The position numbers and the translations under genes are program-made. The notes beneath the pieces are model-generated. The model had not been told where the DNA came from and searched no databases. It saw only the letters and a program-made list of their open reading frames with translations. A stretch of 38,622 bases of DNA, from NCBI GenBank assembly GCA_011192195.1, contig DUEH01000004.1, forward strand, positions 1 to 38,622. Reading direction: 5' to 3'. Shown here in pieces: positions 26,472 to 34,609 of this stretch (within the stretch, counting starts at the first letter, position 1; each line of letters starts with the position of its first letter). Source of the DNA: Chloroflexota bacterium (lineage in GTDB: Bacteria; Chloroflexota; Anaerolineae; 4572-78).

Positions 26472-27898
26472 TGTTGTTGAACATCCAAAACCAACGCAGC
26501 GAAGTAATCTATTTCTGTCTGGCTGTAATGGAAATGGTCTGGGTGACGCCCTTTGTGATGCTGTTCCACCGCCCCGCGTGGCATTGGTCGCTCTGGGCGG
26601 TGTTTGGCGCGTTGAGTCTGGCTTTACTGCTGTGGATGCTCTTTTTAGACCGCCTCAACGCCCACAATCTGGATTCTCCGGCCTATGAATTGGCCGTGGT
26701 GAGCGCTATTGCCCTGTCAAGTTTGCTGCTGATCAGCTTGTGGCCGTACCAACTCAGCGTCGGCGAAGCGGGCGGCATCCCTCATCTTTTTCGCGCCCTA
26801 AGCGACATTCGGCAAGGCTTGCCGCTGGAAATCTACCTGATCCTGCTCAATCTTTTCCTCTGGCAGCGAGCCGCCAATGCCAGCAGCCGCCAGATGGGCT
26901 TTTTTGGCGTGGCCCTCAGTTTCAGGATGGGTGTTTTGTGGTTGATGGCGGGCGGCGCGCTGTTTAGCTGGATCAGCGGGCAAAACGTGTTGGGCATCTT
27001 GTGGCTTTACTTTGGCTTTGGCCTGACCGCCATCTCGCTGGCGCGGATAGAAGAGAAAGCCGCCGACGCTCACAGCAAGGGAAAATTGCTGCCGCCGCGC
27101 CGCCTTCTACAATTACTGCTCATCATCGCCGGGGTCGTGACCGCCATCGTTATTTTGTCTACCCTGTACACCCCGCAAAACTTGCAACGCCTCTTGGCTA
27201 AACTGGAACCCTTATGGGGGATTGTGCTGGCGCTGGCCTACCTGCTTTTTCAGGCTATTTTTTGGCTGCTAGGCCCTTTCTTCAACTGGCTGGAAAGCCT
27301 GCTGGCCGGCCTTTTCAGCGCCTCTGACTTTCGCTTTCCCTTGCAGGAATTTGAGCAAACTCTGACTGAAAACGCGCCCGAACAGGCCCAAAGCCTCTCT
27401 CAAGGCCTGTCTGACTGGATTTTGCTTTCGCTGCGCTGTCTGGTAATTGTTGCAGCCTTGTCCCTGGTATTAGGGCTGATTATGATTTTTTTGGACAAAT
27501 TCCGTTCGTCCAGAATTCAGAACCAGAACGAAGAAACCGGTCAGGAAAGCTTGACTTTGGGAGGCGGTACCGCGCGTCGTGGGTTGGAACAGTTGAAGGG
27601 CCTGGGGAGATTACTGCAACAATACGGCTTGAGCCGCCAACTTTTGGCCGCCATCAGCGTCGAAAATATGTACGCCAATCTGTGTCGCTTGGCCCAACGG
27701 CGAGGCTACCCGCGCCCGCCCGCCCAGACCCCGGACGACTATCTGGTTTTGTTGGCAAAAGCCTTCCCCGGTCAGGAGAAAGCGCTGGCGCGCCTTACCG
27801 CCGCCTACCAGCGCGTTCACTACGGCGACCTTCCCGTTCAGTCGGATGAACTTCGCCGCTTGCGAAGCGATTATGAGCAGGTAAGGCAGGCTAAATAA
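26471..27898 (+). CDS. Polytopic membrane protein with C-terminal DUF4129
   Basis: Many hydrophobic segments; C-terminal YANLCRLAQRRGYPRPPAQTPDDY...LTAAYQRVHYG; TGATG coupling. Confidence 0.75.
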   Translation: MLLNIQNQRSEVIYFCLAVMEMVWVTPFVMLFHRPAWHWSLWAVFGALSLALLLWMLFLDRLNAHNLDSPAYELAVVSAIALSSLLLISLWPYQLSVGEAGGIPHLFRALSDIRQGLPLEIYLILLNLFLWQRAANASSRQMGFFGVALSFRMGVLWLMAGGALFSWISGQNVLGILWLYFGFGLTAISLARIEEKAADAHSKGKLLPPRRLLQLLLIIAGVVTAIVILSTLYTPQNLQRLLAKLEPLWGIVLALAYLLFQAIFWLLGPFFNWLESLLAGLFSASDFRFPLQEFEQTLTENAPEQAQSLSQGLSDWILLSLRCLVIVAALSLVLGLIMIFLDKFRSSRIQNQNEETGQESLTLGGGTARRGLEQLKGLGRLLQQYGLSRQLLAAISVENMYANLCRLAQRRGYPRPPAQTPDDYLVLLAKAFPGQEKALARLTAAYQRVHYGDLPVQSDELRRLRSDYEQVRQAK

Positions 27899-28055
27899 TT
27901 ACTCTGGACAAGATTGAGGCAATCTAAAAATGCCCTGATGTCGAAATTGATAGTTTTTGAGAGTCTCCCGTTTCCTCATTTTCCCTCTTGTCTGCCCGCA
28001 AATTCAAGTGGATAGCTTTTGAGAGTCAAAATGCGTTATAATTTACACAAAGACT

Positions 28056-28084
28056 AAAAGCCCCGACCCGAGTTGGGGCTTTTT
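28056..28084 (+). terminator. Intrinsic terminator-like hairpin
   Basis: AAAAGCCCCGAC-CCGA-GTTGGGGCTTTTT. Confidence 0.6.
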
Positions 28085-28090
28085 GATGAT

Positions 28091-28152
28091 AAAAGAAAAA
28101 GCGCCGCAGGCAGGGGGGCGTGGGGGGGGATCCCTCCATACTCTCCCCCCCT
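28091..28152 (+). repeat. Dispersed G/C-rich leader element, copy 2
   Basis: 26 nt identical to 10652-10677, followed by a similar G-run/C-run hairpin. Confidence 0.75.
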
Positions 28153-28181
28153 CACACCCATAAAGAAGTGTGGAGAAACTT

Positions 28182-29453
28182 ATGAGTAAATCAGTTCGAT
28201 TATCAGGACTTTACAAATATTCACTGGAAAAACGCGCCAATGTTGTAGCCGAGTGGGCGAGTTTGAAGGCCGAAGAAAAAGCGGCCTTGATCAATGGCCT
28301 GCCCCTTTCAATGGGCGATGGTATGATTGAGAACGTGATTGGCTTGTACAATTTACCGCTGGGTATTGCCACCAACTTCTTGATCAACGGGGAAGAGGTC
28401 ATTGTTCCGATGGCCGTAGAAGAGCCAAGCATTGTGGCCGGACTCAGCTACGCTGCCAAACTGACCCGCTCTAGCGGTGGTTTCAGAACCAGCAGCAGCC
28501 AGCCGGTAATGATTGGTCAACTTCAGGTTTTAGGGTTGAGCGACCTGGATGAAGCCGTGACCAAGCTAAAAGCTATTGAAGCCGAACTGCTGGAAAAAGC
28601 TGATCACGATCCAATCATTCGCAAGTTTGGCGGCGGCGCAAAAGGCTTTGAGTTTCGTCCGCTGCCCGATACAGCGGTTGGGCCGATGCTGATTGTCCAC
28701 ATTTTATACGATTGCCGCGACGCAATGGGCGCTAATACCGTCAACACCGCCGCCGAAATCATTTCTCCCATCATCGAAAAAGTGACCGGTGGACGCGTGA
28801 ACTTGCGCATCATCTCCAATCTGGCAGACCGGCGCACCGCCACCGCCGAATGTACCATCAAAGCCGGGCAACTGGCGCGCGGCGATATGGACGAGGCAGC
28901 GGTTGTGCAGGGCATTGTTGAAGCCTGGGCCTTTGCCAAAGCCGATCCCTACCGCGCCGCCACCCACAATAAGGGAATTATGAACGGTATTGACGCCGTT
29001 GCTATTGCCACCGGCAACGACTGGCGCGCCATTGAAGCGGGAGCGCACGCCTTTGCGGCTCGCAACGGACGCTACACAAGCCTGACTGAATGGCGGCGCA
29101 ATGAAGACGGTGATTTAGCGGGGCGACTGCACTTGCCGCTGGCCGTTGGCACAGTTGGCGGAGCAACAAAAGTTCATCCCGCCGCTCGCGCGTCCATTAA
29201 AATTTTGGGGAACCCCAGCGCGCGCCGTTTGGCCGAAATTATGGCCGCTGTTGGCCTGGGTCAAAATCTGGCCGCCATCCGCGCTTTGGCAACTGAAGGC
29301 ATTCAGCGCGGACACATGCGCCTGCACGCCCGCCAGGTTGCCCTGGCCGCCGGCGCCACTCCTGAACAAGCGCAGGAAATTGCTAATCAATTGGTAGCAG
29401 AAGGCAACATCAAAGAAGCCAGAGCAAAGGAAATTCTTAAAAACAGTGAATAA
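28182..29453 (+). CDS. mvaA: HMG-CoA reductase, class II
   Basis: IENVIG, PMAVEEPSIVA, DAMGANTVN, ATHNKGIMNG, TGNDWRAIEAG, GIQRGHMRLHAR; GGAG RBS before ATG 28182. Confidence 0.95.
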   Translation: MSKSVRLSGLYKYSLEKRANVVAEWASLKAEEKAALINGLPLSMGDGMIENVIGLYNLPLGIATNFLINGEEVIVPMAVEEPSIVAGLSYAAKLTRSSGGFRTSSSQPVMIGQLQVLGLSDLDEAVTKLKAIEAELLEKADHDPIIRKFGGGAKGFEFRPLPDTAVGPMLIVHILYDCRDAMGANTVNTAAEIISPIIEKVTGGRVNLRIISNLADRRTATAECTIKAGQLARGDMDEAAVVQGIVEAWAFAKADPYRAATHNKGIMNGIDAVAIATGNDWRAIEAGAHAFAARNGRYTSLTEWRRNEDGDLAGRLHLPLAVGTVGGATKVHPAARASIKILGNPSARRLAEIMAAVGLGQNLAAIRALATEGIQRGHMRLHARQVALAAGATPEQAQEIANQLVAEGNIKEARAKEILKNSE

Positions 29454-29521
29454 TGAACAATGAATAATGAATAATTTTTCACTATTCATTATTCATTGTT
29501 CACTGTCCATTTTTCACTGTC
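29444..29521. repeat. Inverted 7-bp tandem repeats (TGAATAA / TTCATTA)
   Basis: agtgaataatgaacaatgaataatgaataat...ttcactattcattattcattgttcactg. Confidence 0.8.
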
Positions 29522-29535
29522 TTTTCGGAGACATT

Positions 29536-30591
29536 ATGCCCATTATGCAAGCTAACACCCCCACCGGCATTGTTGGTTACGGAGCTTACGTCCCCCGCTA
29601 TCGCGTTCCGGCTACGGAAATTTCCCGCGTGTGGACTGACGGCGTGGGGGGCGTACCCATCAAAGAAAAAGCAGTGGCCGGGCTGGACGAAGACACAATC
29701 ACTATTTCCATCGAAGCGGCTCGTAACGCCTTGCATCGGGCGCAGATCAATCCCGCGTTGTTGGGGGCTGTGTGGGTAGGCAGCGAAAGTCATCCCTACG
29801 CGGTGAAGCCCAGCGGCACCATCGTTGCCGAAGCTATCGGCGCGGTTCCGCACACGCAAGCCGGCGATTGGGAATTTGCCTGCAAGGCAGGCACGGAAGC
29901 CATGCAAGCGGGCATCGGCTTTGTGGGTAGCGGTATGCAGCCTTATGTGCTGGCTATTGGCGCAGATACCGCCCAGAGTCGCCCCGGTGACGCGCTGGAA
30001 TACACCGCCGCCGCCGGAGGCGCAGCTTATATCATCGGCAGAGCAGAAGAAAGTCTGGCTGAGTTTGAAGCCACCTATTCTTTTGTCACCGATACGCCCG
30101 ACTTTTGGCGCAGACCGCAGGCCCACTATCCCAGCCACGGTCAACGCTTCACCGGCGAACCGGCTTACTTTGAACACAGCGTTTCGGCGGTGAAAACGCT
30201 GCTGATGGAATTGGGCCGCAGCGCCAAAGATTACAACTACGTTACCTTTCACCAGCCCAACGCCAAATTTCCGCAGCGCGCCGCAAAAATGCTGGGCTTT
30301 GAAAAAGCGCAATGGGAAGCCGGACTCCTGTCTCCGGTGGTGGGCAACACCTACTCCGGCGCAACAATGTTGGGGCTGACGGCCATTTTGGACATCGCCA
30401 AACCGGGAGAGCGCATTCTGTGCGCCAGTTTTGGCTCCGGCGCCGGGTCAGACGCCTTTTCGCTGCTGGTCACAGAACGCATCGCCGGCCGGGCGAATAT
30501 GGCCCCCACCACGCAGGCGTACATCGCCCGCCGCAAAGAAGTAGATTACGCCCTGTACACCCGCTATCGCGGCAAGCTGAGTATGAAATGA
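29536..30591 (+). CDS. HMG-CoA synthase, archaeal type
   Basis: [66 protein letters not shown]. Confidence 0.93.
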   Translation: MPIMQANTPTGIVGYGAYVPRYRVPATEISRVWTDGVGGVPIKEKAVAGLDEDTITISIEAARNALHRAQINPALLGAVWVGSESHPYAVKPSGTIVAEAIGAVPHTQAGDWEFACKAGTEAMQAGIGFVGSGMQPYVLAIGADTAQSRPGDALEYTAAAGGAAYIIGRAEESLAEFEATYSFVTDTPDFWRRPQAHYPSHGQRFTGEPAYFEHSVSAVKTLLMELGRSAKDYNYVTFHQPNAKFPQRAAKMLGFEKAQWEAGLLSPVVGNTYSGATMLGLTAILDIAKPGERILCASFGSGAGSDAFSLLVTERIAGRANMAPTTQAYIARRKEVDYALYTRYRGKLSMK

Positions 30592-30712
30592 AAAGTTCAA
30601 AATGAAAAGTTCAAAATGGCTGACAATTCGCATCGTTTACGGTAAACAAGAAACCAAAAACCTGAAACCCGAAACCTGAAACCCGAAACCTGAAACCCGA
30701 AACCCGAAACCC
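30584..30712. repeat. 7-bp tandem repeats (AAATGAA/AGTTCAA and CCYGAAA)
   Basis: gaaatgaaaagttcaaaatgaaaagttcaaaatg...cctgaaacccgaaacctgaaacccgaaacctgaaacccgaaacccgaaacc. Confidence 0.85.
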
Positions 30713-30715
30713 TTT

Positions 30716-31873
30716 ATGAGAGATATATCAATTATTGGAATAGGACAAACTCCGGTTGGAGAACATTGGGGCAGAAGTTTGCGCCATCTGGCTTACGACG
30801 CCTTGCACCTGGCAATGAAAGACGCCGGTACAGAGCGCGTAGACGCCCTGTACGTGGGCAATATGCTTTCGGGCGAAATCAGCGGGCAGGCGCATATTGG
30901 GCCGCTGATAGCCGATTTTGCCGGACTGCGCGGCATAGAGGCGGTGAAGATTGAAGCCGCCTGCGCCAGCGGAGCCGCCGCCTTTAGACAAGGCGTCATC
31001 GGCGTAGCCAGCGGTTATCAGGACGTGGTAGCGGTAGTAGGCGTAGAAAAGATGACCGACGACGTGGGCAGTCGCCTTACTGCGGGATTGGCCTCTGCCG
31101 CCGACGCCGACTACGAAACCGTTCACGGCGTCACCTTTGTGGCGCTCAATGCCCTGATTATGCAGCGCTATATGCACGAATACGGCTTGAGCAAGGGTGA
31201 TTTTGCTAATTTTAGCGTCAATGCCCACGCTAACGGGGCTAATAATCCCAACGCAATGTTTAGACGCGCCATCAGCAAAGAAACCTTTATGCGCGCGGGC
31301 GTGGTGGCCAACCCTGTCAGTCTCTTTGACGCCAGCCCAATGGCCGACGGCGCTGCCGCCGCCATCATCTGCCCTACCCGTCTGGCCCGCGAATATACCG
31401 ATAAAGCCGTCCACGTCCTGGCCTCCGCCATTGCCACCGACAGCCTGGCCGTTCATGACCGCAAAAACCCGCTCTGGTTGCAAGCGGCGGAAGATTCAGC
31501 GCATACGGCGTACCGGCAGGCAAAAATTACCCCGGCTGAACTGGACTTCTTTGAATTGCACGACGCCTTCACCATTATGGCCGCCCTCAGTTTAGAGGCT
31601 GCCGGTTTTGCCAAAGCGGGTCAGGGGACGCGATTGGCCGTTAATGGCGACATTGCTTTGGACGGTAAGCTGCCCATCGCCACGATGGGGGGGCTCAAAG
31701 CAAGAGGCCATCCGGTTGGCGCAACCGGAATGTATCAAATTGTTGAAGCCGCCTTACAGCTTCGCGGCGAGGCAGGGAAGAATCAACTTCCCCACGCCCG
31801 CCTGGGAATGACCCAAAACATCGGCGGCAGCGGCGCAACTATTGGAACGCATATTTTTAAAAGCAGTGAATAA
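30716..31873 (+). CDS. Acetoacetyl-CoA thiolase, archaeal (SCP2-thiolase-like) type
   Basis: IEAACASG, GVEKMTD, SPMADGAAA, ELHDAF, GGLKARGHPVGATG, QNIGG. Confidence 0.92.
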   Translation: MRDISIIGIGQTPVGEHWGRSLRHLAYDALHLAMKDAGTERVDALYVGNMLSGEISGQAHIGPLIADFAGLRGIEAVKIEAACASGAAAFRQGVIGVASGYQDVVAVVGVEKMTDDVGSRLTAGLASAADADYETVHGVTFVALNALIMQRYMHEYGLSKGDFANFSVNAHANGANNPNAMFRRAISKETFMRAGVVANPVSLFDASPMADGAAAAIICPTRLAREYTDKAVHVLASAIATDSLAVHDRKNPLWLQAAEDSAHTAYRQAKITPAELDFFELHDAFTIMAALSLEAAGFAKAGQGTRLAVNGDIALDGKLPIATMGGLKARGHPVGATGMYQIVEAALQLRGEAGKNQLPHARLGMTQNIGGSGATIGTHIFKSSE

Positions 31874-31948
31874 TGAACAATGAATAGTGAAAAATTCTCA
31901 CTATCCACAATTCACAATTCGTTATTCACTGCCCACTATTCACTGTTT
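31862..31948. repeat. Inverted 7-bp tandem repeats (TGAATAR / TTCACTR)
   Basis: agtgaataatgaacaatgaatagtgaaaaattctcactatccacaattcacaattc...ctattcactg. Confidence 0.75.
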
Positions 31949-31965
31949 TTCAGGAGGAAAATTAA

Positions 31966-32373
31966 ATGACTGTAGAAATAGCCCGCCACTGGCGATTGAA
32001 CTCACAACGCTATAGTTTAATAGGCGAAGAGTGCCCTGCCTGCCACTATAAAATCTTCCCCCCCCGCGATGTCTGCCCTCACTGCGCCGAAGAAGCCGGG
32101 CCGGAATTTCACTTTAGCGGCAACGGAACCGTTTTTTCGCACACCACCGTTCACACCCCCCCAGAGGGCTTTGAAGCGCAGTCGCCCTATACCGTTGCCC
32201 TTGTTAAACTGGACGAAGGGCCAATGATTACCGCTCAACTCACCGATGTGGACAATGGCGCCGTTGAAATTGGCTTGCCCGTTGAAATGGTCACGCGCAA
32301 ACTGGCCGAACAGGGCGACGAAGGTTTGATCCTCTACGGCTACAAGTTTCGCCCCCAAATGGCAATGGCCTGA
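31966..32373 (+). CDS. DUF35 Zn-ribbon/OB-fold protein (thiolase/HMGS scaffold)
   Basis: CPAC...PPRDVCPHC, GTVFSHTTVH, PYTVALVKLDEGP, YGYKFRP. Confidence 0.92.
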   Translation: MTVEIARHWRLNSQRYSLIGEECPACHYKIFPPRDVCPHCAEEAGPEFHFSGNGTVFSHTTVHTPPEGFEAQSPYTVALVKLDEGPMITAQLTDVDNGAVEIGLPVEMVTRKLAEQGDEGLILYGYKFRPQMAMA

Positions 32374-32434
32374 TGAACGACGAATGACAAACGACGAGTG
32401 ACGAATAAAGAGTCCAACAAGTGGACATTTTTTT

Positions 32435-32493
32435 GTAACCGTTGCTCCCCTCGTTTCAGCGCGCCGCGTTGAAACGAGGGGAGCAACGGTTAT
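32435..32493. repeat. GTAAC-ended palindrome; probable terminator of the mevalonate operon
   Basis: GTAACCGTTGCTCCCCTCGTTTCA...TGAAACGAGGGGAGCAACGGTTAT flanked by T-runs. Confidence 0.7.
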
Positions 32494-32508
32494 TTTTTAT
32501 TCTGCCTC

Positions 32509-32562
32509 TTGACAACTATGACGCACTGTGTTATAATTTCGATTGTATAACGCAGTGCGTCA
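32509..32562 (+). promoter_or_regulatory. Consensus sigma70 promoter with two palindromic operators (putative PhaR boxes)
   Basis: TTGACA (32509-32514)-17 nt-TATAAT (32532-32537); TGACGCACTGTGTTA at 32519-32533 and TAACGCAGTGCGTCA at 32548-32562. Confidence 0.8.
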
Positions 32563-32620
32563 CAAACTCGCCTGCTAAACAACTTAAAGCGCTATCCTAA
32601 ATTATAAAAGGAGATAAATA

Positions 32621-33004
32621 ATGGTAAAAGAAAAAGTAGAAGAAGTTGTGGAAAAAGCTGAAGAAGGTCGTAATTTCTTGCTAGACGGACTTCACAAAAT
32701 TTTATTGGCCGGTGTTGGCGCGGTATCCCTGGCTCAGGAAGAAGTTGAAGACTTTGTCGGCAAGCTCGTAGAAAAGGGCGAGATTGCCGAAAAAGATGGT
32801 CGAAAGCTGCTTGACGATATTGACAAGAAGCGCAAAGAGCAGACTGGCAAAGTTAAAAAGCAAACCGAAAAGGCCGAAAAAGAACTGGATAAACGCCTTG
32901 ACGGCCTGCTGGCTCGATTGAACGTTCCTACCAAGTCAGACATTGATGGGCTGAACGACAAAATTGCTGCCTTGACCAAAAAAATTGATGAATTGAAAAA
33001 ATAA
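32621..33004 (+). CDS. Phasin / granule-associated protein (PhaF/PhaI-like)
   Basis: HKILLAGVGAVSLAQEE, KLVEKGE, RLNVPTKSDIDGLNDKIAALTKKI; AAGGAG RBS. Confidence 0.85.
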   Translation: MVKEKVEEVVEKAEEGRNFLLDGLHKILLAGVGAVSLAQEEVEDFVGKLVEKGEIAEKDGRKLLDDIDKKRKEQTGKVKKQTEKAEKELDKRLDGLLARLNVPTKSDIDGLNDKIAALTKKIDELKK

Positions 33005-33111
33005 GCCTGGTTTTTGAAAACAGTGGATAGTGGGTTGTGGATAGCAAGGACGGGCCTGCAATTTACTATCCACTGCCCACTATTTTGGGTGGTGGTAGAA
33101 AAGTAAGTGAT

Positions 33112-33139
33112 GGAGTGTCAAACTATAGTTTGACACTCC
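33112..33139. repeat. REP-like perfect 28-bp palindrome
   Basis: GGAGTGTCAAACTATAGTTTGACACTCC. Confidence 0.7.
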
Positions 33140-33290
33140 GCAATCATCACCTGCAACTTAACCACTACCCTGTTTTCAAGGGAGAGCGTAGCGCATCTCC
33201 TTTTTTTGTATTTACTGCGCGTTTGCTCGCAAAAATCATCGTGGTACAATACATCTTAAAATTAAATCGAGCGTGTTGAGGAGCAAAGCT

Positions 33291-33899
33291 ATGTTGATCA
33301 TCAAACGGTATCCCAACCGAAAGTTGTACGATACAGAGAAAAAGCAGTACGTTACTCTGGACAAAATTGCAATTTTAATTCAGGAAGGGAAAGATATTCA
33401 GGTGATAGACCATTCTACGGGCGAAGACCTTACTGCCGTAACCCTATCGCAAATAATTTTTGAGCAGGAGAAAAAACAGAGCGGTTTTGTACCCAAAAAT
33501 GTTTTGGCCGGACTGGTTCAGGCGGGCGGTGATACGCTGAGCGCCTTCAAAAACGCCCTGACTTCTCCTCTCGACGCGCTGCCAGACGTGGATTTAGAGA
33601 TAGAACGGCGTATTAAAAAGCTTATTCAAGAGGGCAAGTTGGCGGAAGAGCAAGGCCGAAACCTGCTTGAACAACTCTTGGAAACAAGTCGCCAAACGGC
33701 CAAAAAGACTCAGGCGGGCGGCGAAACTTACCTGAAGAAGTTGCTGTCCAAGCGGGGTATTCCTTCTCAAGATGAAATTTCCAGACTGAGCGAGCAGATT
33801 GACAATCTGGCGGCCAAACTGGAGTCTCTGGCTCAGTCAAAAACTGAGGCCGCCGTAGAAGAAGGCCACGCCGGTGCGGATGATCAAGAAGAAGAATAA
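33291..33899 (+). CDS. phaR: PhaR-type DNA-binding regulator fused to a phasin-like C-terminal domain
   Basis: IIKRYPNRKLYDT...YVTLDKI...VID..TGEDLT..TLSQIIFEQE (PHB accumulation regulator N-domain); C-terminal GIPSQDEISRLSEQIDNL resembles the neighbouring phasin; GAGGAG RBS before ATG 33291. Confidence 0.8.
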   Translation: MLIIKRYPNRKLYDTEKKQYVTLDKIAILIQEGKDIQVIDHSTGEDLTAVTLSQIIFEQEKKQSGFVPKNVLAGLVQAGGDTLSAFKNALTSPLDALPDVDLEIERRIKKLIQEGKLAEEQGRNLLEQLLETSRQTAKKTQAGGETYLKKLLSKRGIPSQDEISRLSEQIDNLAAKLESLAQSKTEAAVEEGHAGADDQEEE

Positions 33900-33914
33900 T
33901 AATCCGAACCGATT

Positions 33915-34481
33915 ATGATCATTGTTGCGGGTTTTGCCAAGCGATCCTTCATCTTTCCGGCTGATTTACCCACGGCTTTTGCTTACTATACTGATTTAAG
34001 CCGTATTTTGACCTACCTGCCGCACATCTACATTGCCCGCACCTACGATGATAATCAACTTCGGATGTGTTATAATACCATTGAACTGGGAACCTACAAG
34101 ATCAATATTTTTTGCGATTTACGCGCTGAGATGGACGCGGAAGAACGCGCTTTACGAGTTTTTCCGTTAAGGGGAGTAACGCCGGTGAAGGCAAAAGCTA
34201 CCTTGCGTTCAGCAACTGCGTCAGGTCGTTTTTCCAGCGAATCTCTCTTTTTTGACGAAGGCGAGAAAACACGCATCGAATATCGTCTGGAATTGCAAGC
34301 CGAACTCCCCAAGCCAATGGGCCTGCGTTTCGTGCCAAAATCGGTGATTAACGGCATTGCCGGCAGCATCACCCATCGTCGAATCAAAGAGATTGCGGAT
34401 GGATTTATTCGACGCTCTATTGACGCTTTTCCTGAGTGGCTGGGAGAATTGGGCGATAGTAAAATGAAGATAATGGGATGA
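33915..34481 (+). CDS. SRPBCC/START-like (CoxG/DUF1997-like) protein
   Basis: FPADLPTAFAYYTD...LPHI; TRIEYRLELQAELPKPMGLRFVP followed by a long C-terminal helix. Confidence 0.55.
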   Translation: MIIVAGFAKRSFIFPADLPTAFAYYTDLSRILTYLPHIYIARTYDDNQLRMCYNTIELGTYKINIFCDLRAEMDAEERALRVFPLRGVTPVKAKATLRSATASGRFSSESLFFDEGEKTRIEYRLELQAELPKPMGLRFVPKSVINGIAGSITHRRIKEIADGFIRRSIDAFPEWLGELGDSKMKIMG

Positions 34482-34494
34482 TCTTGGTTCCTGT

Positions 34495-34547
34495 AAAAAA
34501 AGCCCCCAGGTATTCATAGTCGGCTATGAATACCTGGGGGCTTTTTT
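34495..34547. terminator. Bidirectional intrinsic terminator between convergent operons
   Basis: AAAAAAAGCCCCCAGGTATTCATAG-TCGG-CTATGAATACCTGGGGGCTTTTTT. Confidence 0.8.
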
Positions 34548-34602
34548 GTAACCATTCCCCCCTCTTGTTCCCACGCAGAGCGTGGAAACAAGAGGGGGGA
34601 AG
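34548..34602. repeat. REP-like palindrome (TTCCCACGCAGAGCGTGG-type)
   Basis: ttccccctcttgttcccacgcagagcgtggaaacaagagggggaa. Confidence 0.65.
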
Positions 34603-34609
34603 TGATGTG

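Noticed and set aside
33037-33279. 80-aa ORF between phasin and phaR
   Set aside because: Made of tandem repeats and a palindrome, with no RBS or protein-like features.
32621-34481. Calling this a complete PHA biosynthesis cluster
   Set aside because: No phaC, phaE, phaB or depolymerase in the window.
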